NCBI GenBank assembly: GCA_051294375.1
Contig: CM119263.1
Span: forward strand, 19,806,115 to 19,870,114
DNA length: 64,000 nucleotides
Source: Paraspadella gotoi
Taxonomy: Eukaryota; Animalia; Chaetognatha
Reading direction: 5' to 3'
Both the position numbers and the translations under genes were made by a program. This document shows positions 31,903 to 44,836 of this stretch, one piece after another. The notes beneath the pieces were generated by a model. That model was not told where the DNA came from. It searched no databases and saw only the letters and a program-made list of their open reading frames with translations. Numbering within the stretch: position 1 is the stretch's first letter; every line of letters begins with the position of its first letter.

Positions 31903-34900
31903 TGCTGTCTGTCTGGTCTGTCTGTCTGGGAGTGGAAATGAGATTGCATGGAAAAAACCAAAGTCAAGTCGACTTGAATTTTAATGTAATTATTAATTAA
32001 TTAATTAATTAATTAAGTGAAAAATGATTCAATTTGAAAAAATGATGTAAGTTAAAAAATTATGCAATTAAAAAATAATGTATGAAAGAATTGTTGCAAA
32101 GCAGAAAGAATGATGCAAGTTGAAAGAATGATGCTGGATTGTATAAATAATGCAAGTTGAAAGAATAAAATGAAAGGAAAATATGATGCAAGTAGAAAAA
32201 AATGATGCAAGTGAATAAATGATTTATTTATTCAGCTGATTACCGCTTAATTATCGTGGCCAGATCCGACATTGTTTGCTCAAACTTGTTCTCTCTCTCT
32301 CTTACTTTTTTTCCTTCTGTTTCTTTCCTCGTCATCTCCTCTTCTTCTCGTTTTCTCTCTCGCTTTCCCTCTCCATCTTTCTCTTTCAACATTTCTCATT
32401 TTTCTTCGTGATCATCTTTTTTTTTTCTCCGCGCATCCAAAGTCCCTTTTCCTTCTAAAAACTTCCATTTCCTTTATTACCTTTTTACGCTCCTCCCTCT
32501 CGGTTCCTTCTGCCTTTTTCTTCGTCGCTTATTTTGCCACGCCTTTTCGGTTTTTCCCCACAATATTTCCTCAGAAACCTCCTTGTATCGCTCCACACGT
32601 CTCACCTTTGTTTTTACCTTCTTCCCCCCTCCCCCTATCGCTATCCATTCTCCCCCTCATTCTCTCCCCCCTGACCCATACCCCCCCCCGATGTCTCAAG
32701 TCCCTCCGGTTCTTATGACCGGAAACGAATCGACGAAACAAGAGACGTGGACGGAACCCGAACCTGGCTTGGCGCCCGGTATGGGCCCGGCCTGGCGCCC
32801 GCCTGGCGCCCGGCTTGGCGCCTGGCAGCCCGCCAACGACGCGGAAGAGTCGAGTCCGGGCGACGTCGTCTCGAGGTGAGGATAGATGGGTGTTGTTTGT
32901 TGTTGTTCCTGGATGAGTGTTGCCATCCCTCCCGGTCGGAGATTTTTGTTTTGCTCTGGATAATTGGGTGATTTCGTGCATAAAAAGCCTTTTTGTAATT
33001 AATAGTTCGATATTCATGCGAACAAATTATATTACATTCTATCAAAATTAGAAGGGAGATCATGAAATATAAGCTTTTCTGCCTTTGCCTGGCTAAATTA
33101 CATATGTTGACCAAGACAATGGCAACCATATGTAGCCATGACGACGACGTTTACGTCAGCTTTTAAACAGTTTAACTGCAGATTAAGCTGTCTGTCCTGT
33201 GAAACCCGCTTACTAAAATGACGTTAAGTCATTGTAAATCCTTTGTTAAAAAGTATTTTTTCCTAAATAAACCGGATTACTGAAACCTAAAAAACTACTT
33301 AGGAGTTAACTAACAAAGACCTCAAAAAAAAAAAAGGTTTGAAAACCACGAAAACGTTGATGACAACGACGATGACGACGACGACGACGACGTTTTGAAA
33401 TTCTCTCGTCAACTCTACCGAGTCGAATTAAAATTTATGGCTGATCCGTCAACTTTTTTTTTCGTCGGTATTAATGACGCGTCAATCACCTCCTTGCCAC
33501 CGTGGCGTCCTCTGGGAACATTTTTATTCGCGCTCGGCGTCTCGTTAAGTTTTAGTTTCGCTTCCGCGTTGACGTTTCGCGTTTTTATGTTTACGATCCG
33601 TTTCGCTCTTTACGTTTGTTTTCAGTCGCGGCGTCGGCGTCTGCGGCGTCTGCAGTGGATCTCGAATTTTATTTCGTCGTGTGCGTTGCTGTTTTGTTTA
33701 TCTCGTTTCGTCAATCGTCACAAAAATTTAAAAAAGCTTTTATTATTGATATATGATATTTATGACATTGGCTGACTAAATGAAAACAAATTTTGTTACC
33801 TTTTTTACTTTTACTTGCTTTTCTATCCCTCTATTCTTTATCTTTTTTTTTCCTTTCCTATCTTTCCTGTAACTCTTGCTTTTTATTCTTTCCTTACTCT
33901 TCTTTCCCTTTTCTTTCTTTTCTCTTTATCTCTACGTCTTTTCCTCCATAAATTTCTTTACCTTCGTCTCTTACTTTTCTTTCCTCCACCTTCTTTCCTC
34001 TCCCTCCCCTTCTTTCCTCTCCGCAAGGTCGGGACTTCGGCGCCCCCTCGACGATCACGACGGCGTCGACGATGAACGACGCTGATTCCCACGTCCCCTC
34101 CGGTTTGGGACCCTTGGCCAGGTGAGGTCATCATCGGAGCGGCTGGGCGGGTGAGGTCGTTGACCTGGATGGGCGGGTGAGGTCATTGTACTGGAATGGG
34201 CGGCTGAGGGAATCAAAGCGGCCTTAATAAGCGATCGACTGCCGAGCGTCATAAAAGTGGAGTCGGTAAGTTAAGTGATGTGAGAGGAGGCGAGGTGAGG
34301 TCAAACTTGAGCATTAAATGGATGAGGAGAGACATTTTACGGGATATGAATTTAACTCTAAATGTAGAACAGTTTTTGATTGTTGATCTTCTTTGCTTTT
34401 AGAAAAACTCATGTAGACATTGCCTGGCATTTTATTAACCAAACATTGATATAATTATGCAATACATTATATTTTTCGGCTTCACTGATTTTAATTTAAA
34501 TTGGTTTAAAAAAAACGTACAATTTTTGTCAACTTTTCGACTCCATGATCATTCATGTTAAAGTTTATTTAACGTATGGAAATAGCGTTTGGTCCCTTGG
34601 AGCCTTTGGCCACTCCGCTTTCAAGAAAATAATTTATTACCCGCGTCGCCCAAGATAAATCGAAACCGACGGCCGAAAAGACTTTTTTTTCCTAATTTTC
34701 ACTTAAAAATAGGAAACTTCGCGTCACATCGTCACCCCACTTCTCAGGTCCTATAGACCCTTACCAACTCCTTCAGATCTCCAACCCTTACCACTTTACA
34801 TATTTTCTTCCACTCTTCAACACCCCGTTCCCACCGTGGGTCACCCTGACTCTCCCGACCTTCTTCGCCCCGACAAGCTCCGTCGTTTAAGACGACGCTC

Positions 34901-34908
34901 CAATTTTT

Positions 34909-34956
<48 letters not shown>

Positions 34957-36431
34957 TCTCTCTCTCTCTTCTTCTCTCTCTCTCGTTTTCTCTCTGTTCG
35001 CGCGCCCGTGATAAATTGGAATTTTATGCGTTCGTAAACAACCGGTGGACGAGGGGAAAGTCCTTTTTTTTTTATTTTTTGTTTTTTCTACTGGGAAGGT
35101 TTTCATTCATTTTCTCTCGTTTGTGTTATATCATCGCTAACCTAGATTAAATATGGCTGTAAATAACGAAAGTTGTACTAGGAAAATCGCTCTCTTTCCG
35201 ATCCGACGCGTCAACGAACCGTGGCAAATATTTTTTTTTTCCTTTACTTATATTTTATTCACTCGCATAATAAGTCTTATCGATTTTAATTATTTATTTA
35301 TCTCCCCTGCTTCCCTCTCTTTCCCTCCATCATTCACGCCTTCGAGACATCGGCGAATCCATCCCCTGCGTTTCGCTCGCTCCCGTATTCATTACCGACT
35401 TGATTAATTCTGCTATCTCTATCTCTCTCTTTTGCCTCTCCCTTTCTGTCCCTCTCACTTGCCCAGAGCGTCGCGCGAAATCAGTCAAGTGAAATCTTCC
35501 AAGACGCGATCGTCGCAGTTCAAAGAGTCGCGCTCGTCGGTGACGCGAGCGGCTTCGATCCACGCCACGCGCGTATCTCACGCCACGCCCACCGCTCGCG
35601 CCACGCCGGGCGCCAAGTCGACCGTTCTCACCAAAGAGGAGCAGGAGCAGAAGCGCCAGATCGTCAAGGAAGCGTTGGAGCGGGCGTCAAACTACGAGGT
35701 AAAGGCGGAGAAGATGCCTTAAATGAATCTATCATGTCGTGATTGTTGCGTGGTTTATTTCGTTTTAGTAGTACGATATTAGATATTGTTTTCATAGTCA
35801 CAGTAATATCTAATTAGTAATTAGTCAATTCGTGGCTCCAGGTCGTAATTTTCTTTGGCTCAGTGTCTCGGTGACCATTGAGCAATGAGCAATTGATCAG
35901 AGCTCCCCATTTTTTTCGTTTGTTTTTTCTCCTATGGTTGTAGTATCGTCGTAGTCGTCGTCATCTTTCAATCCACGAAAGTAAAACGAACGATCGATTT
36001 GTCCAAACCGAATCTTTATATAGGAGTGGTCTTTTCATACAATTGAAACATTCTTTGAAATATTTTCCACTTCATTGATAGGGAAGCCAGGTACTCTGGG
36101 AGTGAATAAACGAGACTGTGAGAGTCTTGATTGAAAGCTTGCAGGGACCTGCTATGTCATTATCTTGTAAGAGTGATGGAGGCCTTAAACCACCAAAGCC
36201 TGTCCAAAGTCAGGGGCAAGATAGCTTATTTATTAAATGAATGGATAATTTTTATATTGGTTGTACCAATTTCATACGAACGACGATGACTTCATTTAAA
36301 TAATCCCGCGCTTTCGATTCCGTCGTCGCCCGCAGGTGGACGCCATCAGTGACAAGAGGAAAAACTTTCCTCTAACCACGAGATTGGAGAAAGAAAGACA
36401 GATTTACGGAAAGGTTTATTCGCCCTAATCA

Positions 36432-36493
<62 letters not shown>

Positions 36494-37458
36494 TTCGCTC
36501 TCTCTTTCCTTCCCAACTTCTCTCTAAATATATATTTATCCAAATCAATATTGAAGTGAGAAGTGCTTTATTAGCTTTTTCTGCCGACTAAGTTAATCTT
36601 AATCTCAATCTTCTAACAATCTTTATATGTCACCCTGTCCTCTCTCCTCAAAACATATACAATATCACTTCCCATAACTCTCTCTCTCTCTCTCTCTGTC
36701 TTAATTTGTTAGCTTCCCCCCCTGTCCCCTGTCATTTATATCCGGTTCCTGGTAGAAAAAAAGTTTTGGCCACAATCGAAAACAAAGATAAATAGAAAAA
36801 AGAAAATACCAAAAAGAAAAAAATATCTTTCAGTTTTAAGGTAAAAAAACAAACTGTCGGCTCGTTCTCTATCTGTTGTCTTCTGTTAGGATGGTCGAAA
36901 ATGATTGCGAAGATTAAAAGAGGGTGAGATGTCATCTACCCGAAATCTTAGTTGCGACGAAGGTCACAAAAGGGGAGATGATAAGAAAATTCGAAAATGA
37001 CGCAAAGGGATACTTTTTAGAGGGCAGTTAAAGGAGAAATCTCTCTCTCTCTCTCTTCATGCATTTTTATTTTTTTTCTCAATTCCGTCCGGCCTCTCAT
37101 TTCTTCTGAATAAAAAACCCGACTTTGAACGATTCATGTTTCATTTCTTTGACCACAGCGTATATCTATTATTAACTAATTGTGTGTAAAAAGATATCGA
37201 TGTACTACTACTACTACTCAAAGTCAAACCTTTTTGAACTTTAAAATGTTCATCTTGAATTTCGAATTTCCCCTGCTTCTTCGCTTCTCGAATTTAATAT
37301 CACAAATTACTTTCCTTCCCCTCCCACTTAAATCCACCCCGACTCTCCAGACCCTTTCCCACCGCTCCTACGACCAGGTTCCCTTTCCGGTGACCGAAAA
37401 TCCCGATGACCTGCGCCGAGACAGACTCGAAAAACTTTACTACGTCGCCGGAAAATGA
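23153..37458 (+). CDS. Multi-exon gene, ~790-820 aa low-complexity protein of unknown function (charged coiled-coil-like N-terminus, G/P/M/Y-rich middle, S/T/R-rich segment, helical C-terminus)
   Basis: Phase-consistent exons are 23153-23272, 24027-24487, 24841-24935, 25315-25582, 25664-25767, 25950-26088, 27263-27526, 27669-27702, 29549-29667, 29794-29960, 32701(or 32575)-32875, 35467-35698, 36336-36413 and 37351-37458 (TGA). An additional exon-like unit at 34028-34121 is out of phase. The start exon is the least certain. Confidence 0.75.
24027..24487 (+). CDS. Largest exon of the 23153-37458 gene
   Basis: Acceptor ctctcAG and donor CAA|GTGAGT. It encodes DLRHQQEEENERQRLDKQKYKEEKRKLNEAIQARIEDKI...EVEEYKKYCELRMKFADQFGA. 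Confidence 0.85.
25036..25239 (+). mobile_element. Family A diverged copy (~200 bp), intronic
   Basis: tgaaattggctccaccaatataaaaattaatcattcatttaataaataagctctcttgcccctgactttgg...caatgaagtgg aligns to the 1098-1353 copy with many substitutions. Confidence 0.85.
28841..29037 (-). CDS. Candidate antisense terminal exon nested in an intron
   Basis: A minus-strand pyrimidine tract+AG at 29039-29038 is followed by VVAGRIAPRPPRRLPTSPSLPTPKPSRPAPPKSLEEFETRSKKEEKSGEERNVESRLLKQPALAE*. Confidence 0.3.
31078..31361 (+). mobile_element. Dispersed repeat family B copy 1, ends in (CT)n
   Basis: Direct repeat of 36816-37055: aaaaaatatctttcagttttaaggtaaaaaaacaaactgtcggctcgttctctat...gacgcaaagggatactttttagagggcagttaaaggagaaa(ct)n. 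Confidence 0.85.
36023..36276 (-). mobile_element. Family A full-length copy, intronic
   Basis: Reverse complement of 1098-1353 with few differences. It is preceded by TA and ends in TA. Confidence 0.9.
36816..37055 (+). mobile_element. Dispersed repeat family B copy 2, ends in (CT)n
   Basis: Aligns with 31078-31361 apart from an internal indel/diverged patch. Confidence 0.85.
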
Positions 37459-40059
37459 GGCCGATGCTCTTCTGTTTGGTTGCGCGGAGAGAAAAAATGC
37501 GCGGGAAATTCTATTGACACGAAGTCGAAGACGAACTTTTCATCGTAGCGATACGTCACACCCGACGACGTGAGCGAACCATCACTATAAATTTTGTTGA
37601 CTTGTATTTTTGTGGGGTTTTAAAATGTTTACTCAGAAAAAAGATTTTTGAGCCTTTATTGCCCTTTTTTTTTTTTGTTTTTCGAGAAACATTAGTCGAA
37701 AACTTACGACTTGGGAAAACCATAAAGGCGCGTGTTTTGGCGCGAAAAAAGACGGGTCGAAAGATACAGACCATACACAATTACACGTAGATGAAGGAAA
37801 TGGAATAATTAGGCTCGACTAATATTGCATAATGTATATGCTAAAGTTATTTCGTTGTTTTAAAAATGTCATTTTGGTCTGATATCTGTATATCTTTATA
37901 ATTTATTAAAATAAAAATATTTAAGTTTGTTGTTATACAATTAAAAGCAAATTATTTGAAATAACTAGGTCTTCTTCTTTACTAAAGTATTTTATTCTGT
38001 TATATTATAACAGAATAAAATATAAACACTCAAATGTTTAAGTAAAGATAAATGGTACTCGCAGCAAATCTGCCGTTAACTCGCCCAGAGCTAAATCTCC
38101 TGTAATAAATCTTAATCTCAGAAACTGTTCTTGTTTGGCCTCGAAAGCCAAAAAGAGCGAAAGCGCAAAAGTGAAACAACATACGCGCAATAAACATTCT
38201 TCACAATAATTTTTTTCCTCTATTTACTAATTCGGTTAGATACTGAGAAAGTCGATTCTCCTAAATAAAAGAGGGAAGAAAGAAAAACAGCAAGAAATAA
38301 AAGAGACACGCTCAATCGAAACAACAACTTTGGGGGCGTTCGCTAATGTTTACAAATGAGCAGAAAGCGACGTTAGACGAAAAACAACGACATCTAAACC
38401 GTCTCTTTGGGTTCTAATCATTTGTCATGGATAAAAAAAAAGCCAGCAACTCGTTATAAACTCTGTAGTTCAATAGCTTTTTATGTAGATTTGTAAAAAA
38501 CGGATTTTATTAAAATAATTATCACGAGCTCTAACGTCAAATACTTTTCATTTTGTCTTTTTAGCAAACACCTTTTACATAGCTTGAGCAGAAACTATTT
38601 GTTGAGTGCAGAAATTTCAAAATGTCGTGGGTTACCCGGTTTTGCAAAGAAAGAATCGAGAGAAAAAACTCTTCTGTCCAATTTTGTTTGCATTATTCCT
38701 GGCGACGGATGATAAGTGGATATCAAGCGATGAGAAGGCAAACAGTGCCACCTCACGACGCGAAGAAAAGTCTGAAAGAGAAGAAAGAAGAGAAGAGGAG
38801 AAAGAATTTTTTTTTAAATTGGACTGTAGAGTCAAAATAAAAAAAATCCTTAATGATTTCTTAAATGGCCTATTTATGCAAATTTAGAAATATTAAAAAA
38901 GTTATCTAAAAACCAACAGCCTTCTTTCGGGTTCTTTCACATCCGTTTTCTTACTTTGTTTATTTATTTTTTGTCTAATGGGTGAACCCTCATGTAGAAG
39001 TCGTTAGTTTGCTTTTTTTTTTCTGACCTATTTTCTTCGCGTGAGGAACTTAAGACGCAAAATCCTCTGTCAAAATAAAAAATGACGTCAAACGCTCCTC
39101 AAATAAATAATCCCCTAATGAGCAAAAAAGCGTGACAAAAAAATGGCGGACTTCTATGAAGGCTCGAACATGCGCGGATTGTCAATAGGCGCGAACTTTG
39201 AACTTCCTCATTATTAATCTAGTTCTCTGGTTCTCTAGTTTTCATTGAATGCCGTTTCTCTGTAGCAAGCATTTGCCGAATGTCCAGTTGTGACCCAGCT
39301 TGAACATTATTTTGCTTTTTATGACAAGAGAATTAGTCGCTTTCATTCGGCCGGTCTTTCTTGTTGAGGAATTAATTTCTATTCAAATAGCTCTTTTTTT
39401 TAAAATAATATTTTTTTTATTTCCAGTTAGACGTTTCGGCAAACGTTTTCGCGAATATATTCTTTTGCGCAAATAAAACTTAATTCCTAATTCAGTACAA
39501 GTTATGTCGTATCAACCGAATATCCTTACCACTTAATACTAATTACTACTTAGGCTCGAAAAAATTTTTTTTTATGAAGTGACGTTTAGATTTTGAGGAG
39601 GGGAACTCTTGGACCTGAACAGTGAACAGTGAACAACGTCGCACGCAATTAGAGGAGGCAATGAGCTGAGACTGCCAATTAGTCTCGGTCCCCCCCCCTC
39701 CGTCATGGCATCTGAATCTCATACCCTCGGGTGTTTTGACTGAAGCTCACGTCCCGTCATATTGATTTTATTGAACGCTGTCCGCGAATAAAATAAACTT
39801 TTTATTTCAGAATAATTAAAATAGATTTTTAACAAAAACTCTCTCGAAAATATTTAACGTCTGGATAAATTAGTTTTTTCATTTAAATTAGTTACTAGTG
39901 GAAACGTTGCGGGTTTTTTTTTTTATAATTACAATTACAATTAACAATTATTTTTCTCTCTCAAAAAAATTTATAAAAGGGAAAAATCAGGAAATTAAAA
40001 TCATTAAAAAGCATCACTATACTTTAAAAAGGCAATGGCCCGGTTTCATCCTTCATCTT

Positions 40060-40094
<35 letters not shown>

Positions 40095-40636
40095 TCACTA
40101 ATTAATCCCGCCCGCCATCTTTGATCAAAATCGAACGTCATCTTCGAAGCTCATCAGCCGCCATGTTTTATCAGCGTCCTTCGATCCTTTCATCTCCATC
40201 TCTTTTGCCAGTTTCACTTTTCATTATCGAGCTTCTCCATCTTCTTAATTAATCGTCAGTCGAGTCATTATGAATGAGAAAAGAAGAAGTTCTCTTTCTT
40301 CTCGAAGTTTCGATCAAAGATTAGAATGTTCTTTGTTTTCTCCGTCTCGAGAGAATTCGTACTAAATCTTTTTAACGATAATGAGATCCGTCGCGCCCTC
40401 AATTTGTCGTCGCCCAGCGAGGGACTTTGTCGCTCGGCGTGATTTTCGTACCGACAGTTTGTATTAACAATATATTTTGACTTTAAATGAACTGAAGCGA
40501 CCTGAATTTGGTCAAGACGGCGGAAGAGGCACCCAAATTCTTATCGGGATTGAGGAGCACTGAGAAACGCCCGGCTCCGGCGAGAGTCGATAGATTTACT
40601 GCTGTTGACTACCGGGAGAAAGTGAGAGAGAGAGAC

Positions 40637-40705
<69 letters not shown>

Positions 40706-40796
40706 TGAAGACGGATGGAATGTCCTTTCTCCCCTTGGGAAAATTCGCGTCAGAAATACTTATCGTGTCAGATGTCTATTGATGGAAGGAATGGAG

Positions 40797-40876
<80 letters not shown>

Positions 40877-41360
40877 GATTTGCGTGTCTGGTTTGTTTGA
40901 CCTTGAAGATGTTGGGATTTTGATTCTGTTTCCTTTCTGGCGGAAAGTCATTGCAAGCCACCTGAAAGCAACCGCGATGATGATGATTCTGTTATGGCCA
41001 ATGACGACGATAACGACGACGATAACGACGGAGACGAAGACGAGAATGACACCGACAACAGCGACGACGACATAATAAGACTGCGATCCGGCTTTAGTAA
41101 CGATGAAAACTACCACCCGGATTCTTGAAAAACAAATAAAATTTTTATTACCCAATAAAGAACCTTTCGTTATTTATTAAAAAAACAATTTAAATTATTT
41201 AAATGTTAAGACCTTTTTATTTATTTCTTTAATTTGGCGATTCTGGTTGACAGTTTTTAGTTTACAGTGAATGGTTTCCTAATTAGTGCAGGAACGACAA
41301 AAACCCCTGAGACTTTGATGACTGCAATTACGATTCGTAAGAAATAAAAAGAGAAAAACG

Positions 41361-41409
<49 letters not shown>

Positions 41410-44400
41410 AGTGTATGTATTAAGGCGGAGTTCTGTAGTATAGATAACGTCAGAGTATCCCCGAGAGAACAAAATTTTAAAAAAATGGTTATAACATATT
41501 GGTTGTACCAATTTCATAACAAAATAAATAAATAAATATAAATTTAAATTATGGATTCTGGTAGAGCATAAAAAATATAATTACAAGATTTTTAAATTTT
41601 TATGTTTTATCAGTTAAAATTAGCAAAAACAATAAGAATTATGGTCTGATGATGATGATGATGATGATGATGATGAGTTTTGAGGATTTTCCTCTTATTT
41701 AACCAACTTATCATCGAAATATTGAAAAACGAATTATACTTTGTCAAGACAACTTTTTATGAGCTATCTCAATCCGTTCTTGAAAATAAAATTTTGAAAC
41801 CAAAATATTTTCATTGCCTATGCATTTATAAATATTTAACTGCTTCAATGTTTTACTATGCTTCACTAGTTAAAAAAATTATAGTAAAAATTTATTAAGT
41901 ATATAATGGAAAAAATAATTTTGTATTACAAAACTCTTAATGAAAAAAGTGACTAATTTTGGCCCGCCTTAGTATGTATATCTGTCACACAGTCACACCT
42001 AATTTATTTTTATCTTTCAAAAAAAATCGAAATTTCAACAATTTGATTCTTTGATTGAAAATTCTCATTTTGTAAAATGTGTCATAAAATGGCCCCATTC
42101 GGAATTCTCTTTGTCACTCGTCTGTTCAGCCTCTCGTCCATTCATCGGTTAATACGGAATCGCATGAGCGAATCTCCATTCATATTTTTTAACTATTAGT
42201 CTAATACAAATAATACAAACATCTTTTTTTTATCACCTGTTCATTGAAAAACTTTTTTCAGTTAATTTTGAAAGCTTAAAATTTAAAGCTTAATTTTTAA
42301 CAACAATGGAAAATAAAAAAAAACACTTCTTCAACGGATTTTTGGGCCTCGTTAAAACAAAAAGCTTTCAAGCAAATAAAGGATACAATGCCAAGTTCGC
42401 CTGAACGATACAATTACTGGTAGCCAACCATTGTTTGATGTTTTGACTAATGAAAAACAGGTTTTTACGAAGAAGTTAATTAGTTGAATTCAAACCTAGA
42501 TATTAATGTCTCCTTCAGAGCCGGCTATCGATGTCATCAGAGCATATGTATTTTATTTCTTAGATGACTGTGCGATTACAGTTTTGCATTTGAACATATT
42601 AAAATTAAACCAAAAAAAAACAACAAAAATCTGTTGGTGGTCTGGCGCCCTATGAAGTCGCTCTGTTTTTCACTCCTTAACAAGTTTTTAAGTATGACCC
42701 TCTCATACTCATAGTAACTAAAAAACCGTCGCGAACGAAAACTCCGTCAACAAAAATCTTAATTAATCTCTCTTCATACATAAAAATATAAGTCATTCCA
42801 GCTTATAGTAGTAAGTCGATTTTACTTTCCTTCCTCGCAAGATTCTTGGTCTGGCAACAAAGCCGACAACAAAACCGTTCGTCTGATCGCAATAAGAGAC
42901 TCAGCTACTTTATGCTTTTTCCAATGCGTCGTTGCATCTCCGTAAAACAATTTTTTACGTCGTTCGATGCATTGAATTCCACCCAAGTAGCAGCAACACT
43001 TGATATTTCTTATTGGTAGCAAAATGTCTTTACAAATGAAACTATCAAAAAATTAAAAAAAATAAAAACTGCAATTATTTTTAATGGTTATCATACAATA
43101 AATACTAGTCACTGCATTGTCTATACCGTGCCCGTACTTTTTTATTTTTTTCTATTTTTTTCCCTTTCATTGCGCTCATTCCAACCCAAAACGCATTAAC
43201 TGGATTATGGATGGTAATTTTTCACTTATACAATGGCGACGATGACGACAAGTACATCGACGACGACCATGTCGAACGCTAGGGCGATGACCACGACGAT
43301 AAGCGAGACAAAAGTCGATTTTCTTAGAGACGAGGATCCTTTTTTTTACTATTATTTCGTATATATAACCAAGTCCGTGCAAAAAAAGAAGACCAGAAAA
43401 CCTCTTCTTTCCATCTCGCTTGAGCTGGGGCGACGACGAAGACGACGACGACGACGACGACAACGACGACGACGACAACGACTGGAAAGACTCGACGCTG
43501 TTGAGAGCGAACGAAGGATGAAAACTGAGGACGACGACGACGACAACGAAGACGACGACGACGTGAAGTCGCGTCCGGTGAACGGCGAAGCTTCATAGAT
43601 CAAGAAAGAAACGCGACGCAACATCTCCATGACAACGAGGAGGAACGAAAACAAAGCAAAGGGGAAAAAAAAACAAAAAACTAAACGAAAAAAATCTGAA
43701 AAATGAAAATAAACAAAAGACCAAAACAAATAAAGACAGATGGTGGCTGAAAAACAAAACAGAAAATTGATGCGTCAAAACGTTGCCGTTGAATCGACGA
43801 GAATATAAACAAAACAGATGAATGAATCGAAGACAAAACAGCAAAAAAAAACAACAAAAAACACACAAAAGATTTAATTTTCCTTTTTGAATTTTGGACA
43901 GCACGAGATTAGTGATAATTGAGATAATTAAGCAAAAAAAAACAAAGGTAATAAATTTTAAAATTTAAACACGATAAATTCTGCGTACTCTTTTTTCCCC
44001 GAAAAACGGACAAAAACATCGCTATGTAACGCGTTTGCAAACTGTTATCCTCTTTGCCCTCAAAACACACGCTTCACATTAAAGCCTAAAATTCCCCTCG
44101 CAAAAAAAAATATGTTCCGCTTGACGCTCGCGCGAGTGGAAAGAAAAATCACGGGGGAATTTTCCAAAAAAATTTTTTTTCCTCTTACGAAATTTTTTTT
44201 TTAAATCCCCGAATTTACGCGAATACGAAAAAATAAGAAAATCATGAAATTGAATTTTCAAGGTTTTTTTCTTTTCCTTTTTCGCGTCGTTACGACGTGA
44301 ACGCGTTAACGTTTCCGGTCGCTAAACCAGGTAACCAGGTAACGAGGAAACACGGGTTTTTTTTTTATCCTCAAAATGGGTTTTGTTTCGGCCGAGGCGA

Positions 44401-44796
44401 CCTTCGAATATCGCGATGTACCTCTTTCAAACCTTTTTTTTTTTGATAGAGTTAATCGAGCCAAGGTTATGTTGGTAATCGTCATAACCAACTCAATCAA
44501 GCACGAGGAAAAAGTATGTCTTGAACACACAAAGGTGCCAAACATGTTTTGAATTATCTTTACGGTATCAAGAATATGGGACGCATGATCTTTAACTATC
44601 ACTCCCCTTACAAATGATTCTAATATATTCACTATTCATAGTAGTAACTTAGTAAGGTGTAACTTATTTATGCCAAATCCATTCATAAATTATAAAATTC
44701 GTTGGTTCTTAGGTTAAAAAAGATGATTTGACTTGATTTTTCTCAAACAGGCAAAACATTGTTTCCCTTGATTTCTTATCGCAATCCATGCTGAAA

Positions 44797-44836
<40 letters not shown>

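Noticed and set aside
43176-43729. Overlapping poly-R/D/T/S/V ORFs on both strands
   Set aside because: They are products of (GAC/GTC)n trinucleotide runs, with no coherent splice sites or domain.
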